From assembly GCA_000175855.1 (NCBI GenBank), contig ACYB01000006.1:1-32000 (forward strand): 32,000 bases of DNA, given 5' to 3'. The position numbers and the translations under genes were made by a program. Of the stretch, positions 28,272 to 32,000 are shown piece by piece. Under the pieces are notes generated by a model, which saw only the letters and a list, made by a program, of their open reading frames with translations, did no database searches and was not told the DNA's origin. How positions within the stretch are numbered: the first letter of the stretch is position 1; every line of letters starts with the position of its first letter. This stretch comes from Raphidiopsis brookii D9. Lineage in GTDB: Bacteria; Cyanobacteriota; Cyanobacteriia; Cyanobacteriales; Nostocaceae.

Positions 28272-29561
28272 TCAGTCCCCCTCTCCTCCCTTCCACACAA
28301 TATCCTTAGTCGTGTTGGGATTTGGTAACTTTAAGGAAACTAAACCAGCTCCCAACACAAAAATCATTGATGTCCACAAACAACCCACTAACCCAAATAA
28401 CTGATAAACCAATCCGGATAATACTGTTCCCGCTAGACGACCACCAGAATTGGCCATGTAATAAAAACCAACGTTTAAAGCTACTTTATCATCATCAGTA
28501 AATGCCAAAACTAAGTAGGAGTGAACCGCAGAATTAAAGGCAAATACCACCCCAAACAACATTAGTCCACTAATCATAACTATATTGGCAGGTAACCCGC
28601 TTTGAAGAGCTAGTGCTATGATACAAGGAACAGCTGTTAAGGTAAACGTCCAAAATTGAATATTTTTGGCTGTTGGTGCCCGACCAGAACCAAATTTCTT
28701 CATTAAATTGGGAGCGAAAAATTGTACAATTCCATAGCCAATTACCCAGGTTGCTAAAAATCCACCTACTTGATAAAAAGACCAACCTAAAACTTCACGT
28801 AAAAATACTGGTAAACCAACTACAAACCAAACATCACGGGAGCCAAACAAAAAGAATCTGGCTGCGGATAAAACGTTGATCTCTTCACTTTTAGAAAATA
28901 GCTGACTGAATTTAACTTTCTTTTTAATTTTCCCCATTCCTTTGGGTAATAATAATCCTGTGAACATAATCAAAAATAGTGCGCCTGCCATAATTAAGAG
29001 AGCATTGACAAAGCCAAATAATGATAACAAAACACTACCAATAAAAAAACCAATTCCTTTTAAGGCATTTTTAGAACCGGTTAAAATTGCCACCCATTTG
29101 AATAGGGAAGATTGAGCATCTTGAGGAACCACTAAACGAATAGCACTTTTGGAGCTCATCTTAGTTAAATCCTTAGCAATGCCAGAAAATGCCTGAGCTA
29201 CCATCACATAAAGAACTGCTAACCACTGTACCCAATCTGCATTTAACCAAGACAACATTAACAAAGAAAAAACTTGTAAACCTATACCACTATAAAGAGT
29301 AATTTTCAGACCTAATTGGGATCCCACCCATCCACCTAAAAAATTAGTAACGATGCCAAATATCTCATAAAACAGAAATAAAAAGGCAATTTGTAAGGGT
29401 GTATAACCAATTTGATTAAAGTATAACAAAACTAGCATTCTCAATGCGCCATCCGTAATGGTAAAACCCCAATAGGCCAGGGTAACTACGGCATAATTTC
29501 TCAAATTTGCACCTGAATCAGCAGTATGGTTCATATATTTTTGTTGTATTACTGATGCCAA
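28272..29561 (-). CDS. arsJ: MFS transporter of the ArsJ type (organoarsenical / 1-arseno-3-phosphoglycerate efflux permease)
   Basis: 429 aa and about 12 TM segments. The N-terminal [47 protein letters not shown] matches my recollection of ArsJ. It lies immediately downstream of a GAPDH gene, overlapping it, which is the diagnostic gene pair. An alternative start is the ATG at 29534. Confidence 0.8.
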   Translation of the reverse strand: MASVIQQKYMNHTADSGANLRNYAVVTLAYWGFTITDGALRMLVLLYFNQIGYTPLQIAFLFLFYEIFGIVTNFLGGWVGSQLGLKITLYSGIGLQVFSLLMLSWLNADWVQWLAVLYVMVAQAFSGIAKDLTKMSSKSAIRLVVPQDAQSSLFKWVAILTGSKNALKGIGFFIGSVLLSLFGFVNALLIMAGALFLIMFTGLLLPKGMGKIKKKVKFSQLFSKSEEINVLSAARFFLFGSRDVWFVVGLPVFLREVLGWSFYQVGGFLATWVIGYGIVQFFAPNLMKKFGSGRAPTAKNIQFWTFTLTAVPCIIALALQSGLPANIVMISGLMLFGVVFAFNSAVHSYLVLAFTDDDKVALNVGFYYMANSGGRLAGTVLSGLVYQLFGLVGCLWTSMIFVLGAGLVSLKLPNPNTTKDIVWKGGEGD

Positions 29562-30565
29562 CTTAAAGCTACTTTGCGAGCTAATTCAGCCATCCGATTA
29601 GCATAACCCCATTCATTGTCATACCAAGCCAGGATTTTGACTTGAGTTTCATTGACAACCATTGTGGAAAGTGCATCAATAATGGAAGACCGAGGATCAT
29701 CTTTATAATCAATGGAAACTAGGGGACGTTCCTCATAACCCAAAATTCCTTTTAATGGTTCCTGCTCAGAAGCTGACTTTAATAAGGCATTAATTTCTTC
29801 TATGGTAGTTGGACGCACTACCTCAAATACACAATCCGTAAGGGAAGCATTTAATAGAGGTACACGCACAGCTAGACCATTTAATTTGCCATTTAATTCG
29901 GGATAAATGAGTCCAATCGCTGTAGCTGAACCGGTGGAGGTGGGAATCAATGACATACCAGTAGCTCTAGCACGACGCAAATCTTTATGGGGTGCGTCAA
30001 CTATGGTTTGGGTGTTAGTATGATCATGAATTGTGGTGATAATTCCATGCTTAATCCCTATACCTTCATGAATGACTTTTACCACTGGTGCTAAACAGTT
30101 GGTGGTACAAGAAGCAGCTGTTAAAATATGATCTTCTTTAGGTCTATAAAGATGATCATTTACCCCCATCACAATATTTAATGCTCCCCCTTTTACGGGT
30201 GCAGCAACAATTACTTTACTCACTCCTCTTTGAAAGTAGGGACTGAGAGTTTCTAGGGTTCTAAATTTTCCTGAGCATTCTAAAACAATGTCCACGGAAA
30301 ATTCTTCCCAGGGAACTTCTCCAGGTTGGGAATACTCGCTAAAGGTCAGGGATTTGTCACCAATAAAAATTTGGTCTTTTCCTGTTCCCACTTCGTTTTG
30401 CCAGCGCCCATGTACGGAATCAAATTTCAGTAAATGAGCTGCTGCTTCTACACCGCCTTTGAGTTCATTTATATGCACAAATTCTATCTCTGACCAATCC
30501 CAACCAGCACGCAATACTAAACGTCCTATACGCCCAAAACCATTAATTCCTACCCGGATTTTCAC
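29549..30565 (-). CDS. gap: Glyceraldehyde-3-phosphate dehydrogenase (ArsJ-associated type by context)
   Basis: [12 protein letters not shown]-binding motif and active site [10 protein letters not shown]. The probable start is the GTG at 30565 ([15 protein letters not shown]), 7 nt after AAGGAG and 1 nt after the pstS stop. The ORF track extends to 30601. Confidence 0.93.
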   Translation of the reverse strand: MKIRVGINGFGRIGRLVLRAGWDWSEIEFVHINELKGGVEAAAHLLKFDSVHGRWQNEVGTGKDQIFIGDKSLTFSEYSQPGEVPWEEFSVDIVLECSGKFRTLETLSPYFQRGVSKVIVAAPVKGGALNIVMGVNDHLYRPKEDHILTAASCTTNCLAPVVKVIHEGIGIKHGIITTIHDHTNTQTIVDAPHKDLRRARATGMSLIPTSTGSATAIGLIYPELNGKLNGLAVRVPLLNASLTDCVFEVVRPTTIEEINALLKSASEQEPLKGILGYEERPLVSIDYKDDPRSSIIDALSTMVVNETQVKILAWYDNEWGYANRMAELARKVALSWHQ

Positions 30566-30566
30566 A

Positions 30567-31614
30567 TTAAAACTCCTTCTGTTTACGCAATAATTCCCCA
30601 ATAGTTAAATTGAATTCCGACTTACCCCCAAATACCGTTCCAGCTTTACCATTGTGTAAATGCACATAACCAATATTGTATGCTTCCTTGGGTAAAGGCA
30701 CAGAGCCAACGGAATTAACTATTGCAGGTGCTTTTTTTAAGTAAAAATCTACAAATTTATACAGGTCTGCCCGATGTTTACCTGACCACAGATTCACATA
30801 AATAAATAGAGGTCTGGATAGAGGTTGATACTTGGATTTTCCTACTGTTTCTGGGGATGGTAATATGGGCCCTTTTTTGTTATCAACAGCTACTAGTTTC
30901 AATTTGTCTTGATTTTTTTTGTAGTAAGCATAACCGAAATAACCAAGGGCATTAACATTTTGATTAACACCCTTAACTAACACATCATCATCTTCACTAG
31001 CTGTATAATCATTACGACTAGCTTTTTCTTTACCAACTATTGCCTCAACAAAATAGTCATAAGTACCAGAATCCTTACCTGGTCCGTATAATTTTAATGG
31101 GCGGTCTGGCCAGGAAGCACGTACTTGATTCCACTGGGAAATTTTCCCCTGGGATTGGGGGTTCCCAGATCTTTCTCAATTCATCAACTGTTATGTCCTT
31201 AACCCAGTTGTTCTGAGGATGCACCACAACAGTTAAAGCATCAAATGCAACGGGTATTTCTATATATCTGACACCATTTTTATTACACTCTGCCATTTCT
31301 TTGGCAGAAATTGGTCGGGAGGCATTATTTATCTCTGTTTCATTCCTACAGAATTTTTTAAACCCTCCCCCCGTACCAGAAAAACTTACTTGTACTGAGG
31401 TTGGATTTTTCCCATCCTTGCTAAACTCTTTAACTATGGCTTGGGTAATTGGATATACAGTGCTGGAACCATCTATTCTAATTGTAGATGCTGTCTGAGA
31501 GTTAACATCTTTTGTTGCTTCTACTGAACTGTTTTTGTTCACATCAGCGGTGCAACTGGCGGCCAATGTTAACATTCCCACTGTGATCAATAATCTTACT
31601 GCGGTTGGTTTCAC
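30567..31614 (-). pseudogene. pstS: PstS-family periplasmic phosphate-binding lipoprotein, interrupted by a +1 frameshift in a C5 run
   Basis: ORF 31075-31614 has a signal peptide with a lipobox-like LAASC and the motif GSSTVYP. ORF 30567-30983 extends upstream in its own frame to about 31157 as [36 protein letters not shown]. Removing one C from the run (G5 on the + strand at 31157-31161) gives ...[13 protein letters not shown].... Confidence 0.85.
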
Positions 31615-31865
31615 TGGTTTATCCTAACATGGTTACTACTGAGTAATACTAAATAGTATCTGTTGACCATTATTTCAAAAAAATTTAGATATGTCAATTA
31701 TGTCAGGGAGAAAATATACAAAAATTAACCATAACAATTAGGTTGGGATCTGAAATCCTTCAGTTCACGCAAATCATGATGAGATTCTTGGTTTTCATCA
31801 CTACCTTGAGCGATCGCCCGTACTAAAGTAAAAAAACTACAGCTATAGCCACATAAGGGAGATTA

Positions 31866-32000
31866 AAATGCTTGCCCGTCAAATTTACGCATCAATTTTT
31901 GACTAAGCGCTTCTGCCAAAGCTATAAGATTGGGTAAAACTCCCCATATAAAAACGGGGATTTTTACCCTGGAAAGAATTACCCTTGTTGAAAGAAAATT
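31866..32000 (-). CDS. 3' end of an unidentified ORF entering from beyond the window
   Basis: Translated by hand, the frame is open for 45 codons from the window edge (...VKIPVFIWGVLPNLIALAEALSQKLMRKFDGQAF) and stops at 31863-31865. No family recognised. Confidence 0.25.

Noticed and set aside
7444-30565. A functional link between the CBS-CP12 protein in hox and the GAPDH gene 21 kb away
   Set aside because: That GAPDH is the ArsJ-coupled type, embedded in its own operon. The CP12-like tail here also lacks the second Cys of the GAPDH-docking loop. The co-occurrence in one window is most likely coincidental.
31615-31760. A Pho box (tandem PyTTAAPyPy(T/A) repeats) upstream of pstS, for example ATTAACCA-TAA-CAATTAGG at about 31725-31745
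   Set aside because: There are only two loosely matching 8-mers, the first positions deviate and a third repeat is missing. This is not enough to call a site.

Overview
This is AT-rich cyanobacterial chromosomal DNA. By eye the HIP1 octamer GCGATCGC occurs about 20 times, and the gene content (hox, devBCA-type exporter, CP12 fusion) suggests a filamentous Nostocales-type genome; the species cannot be determined. Layout: (i) 1-1615 is a non-coding nest of repeats, including a 449-bp unit in about 2.3 tandem copies. (ii) 1803-5039 is a 1078-aa stand-alone N6-adenine DNA methyltransferase of the type ISP / IIG-like family, with no nuclease or translocase partner visible. (iii) 5974-12005, minus strand, is a tightly packed bidirectional NiFe-hydrogenase operon, usp-hoxE-hoxF-hoxU-hoxY-(CBS-CP12 fusion)-hoxH, with coaE downstream. 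(iv) Divergent from it is a 1329-aa protein carrying REC-wHTH-HPt-REC-PAS-PAS-HisKA-HATPase-REC-REC, followed by a CheY-like gene. (v) A small accessory patch follows: Uma2 nuclease remnant, phosphoribosyltransferase, second usp paralog, frameshifted NYN gene. (vi) Next come htrA, a devBCA-type exporter, an MMADHC-like gene, a frameshifted RCK K+ channel and argD. (vii) Last is a pstS-gap-arsJ operon (arsenate detoxification module) in which pstS is frameshifted. Three genes are each broken by a single-base indel in a 5-6 nt homopolymer, which means either sequencing error or genome erosion. No tRNA, rRNA, CRISPR array or transposase gene was recognised. The most unusual items are the tandem repeat array, the single-polypeptide phosphorelay placed divergently from hox, and the CBS-CP12 gene inside hox.
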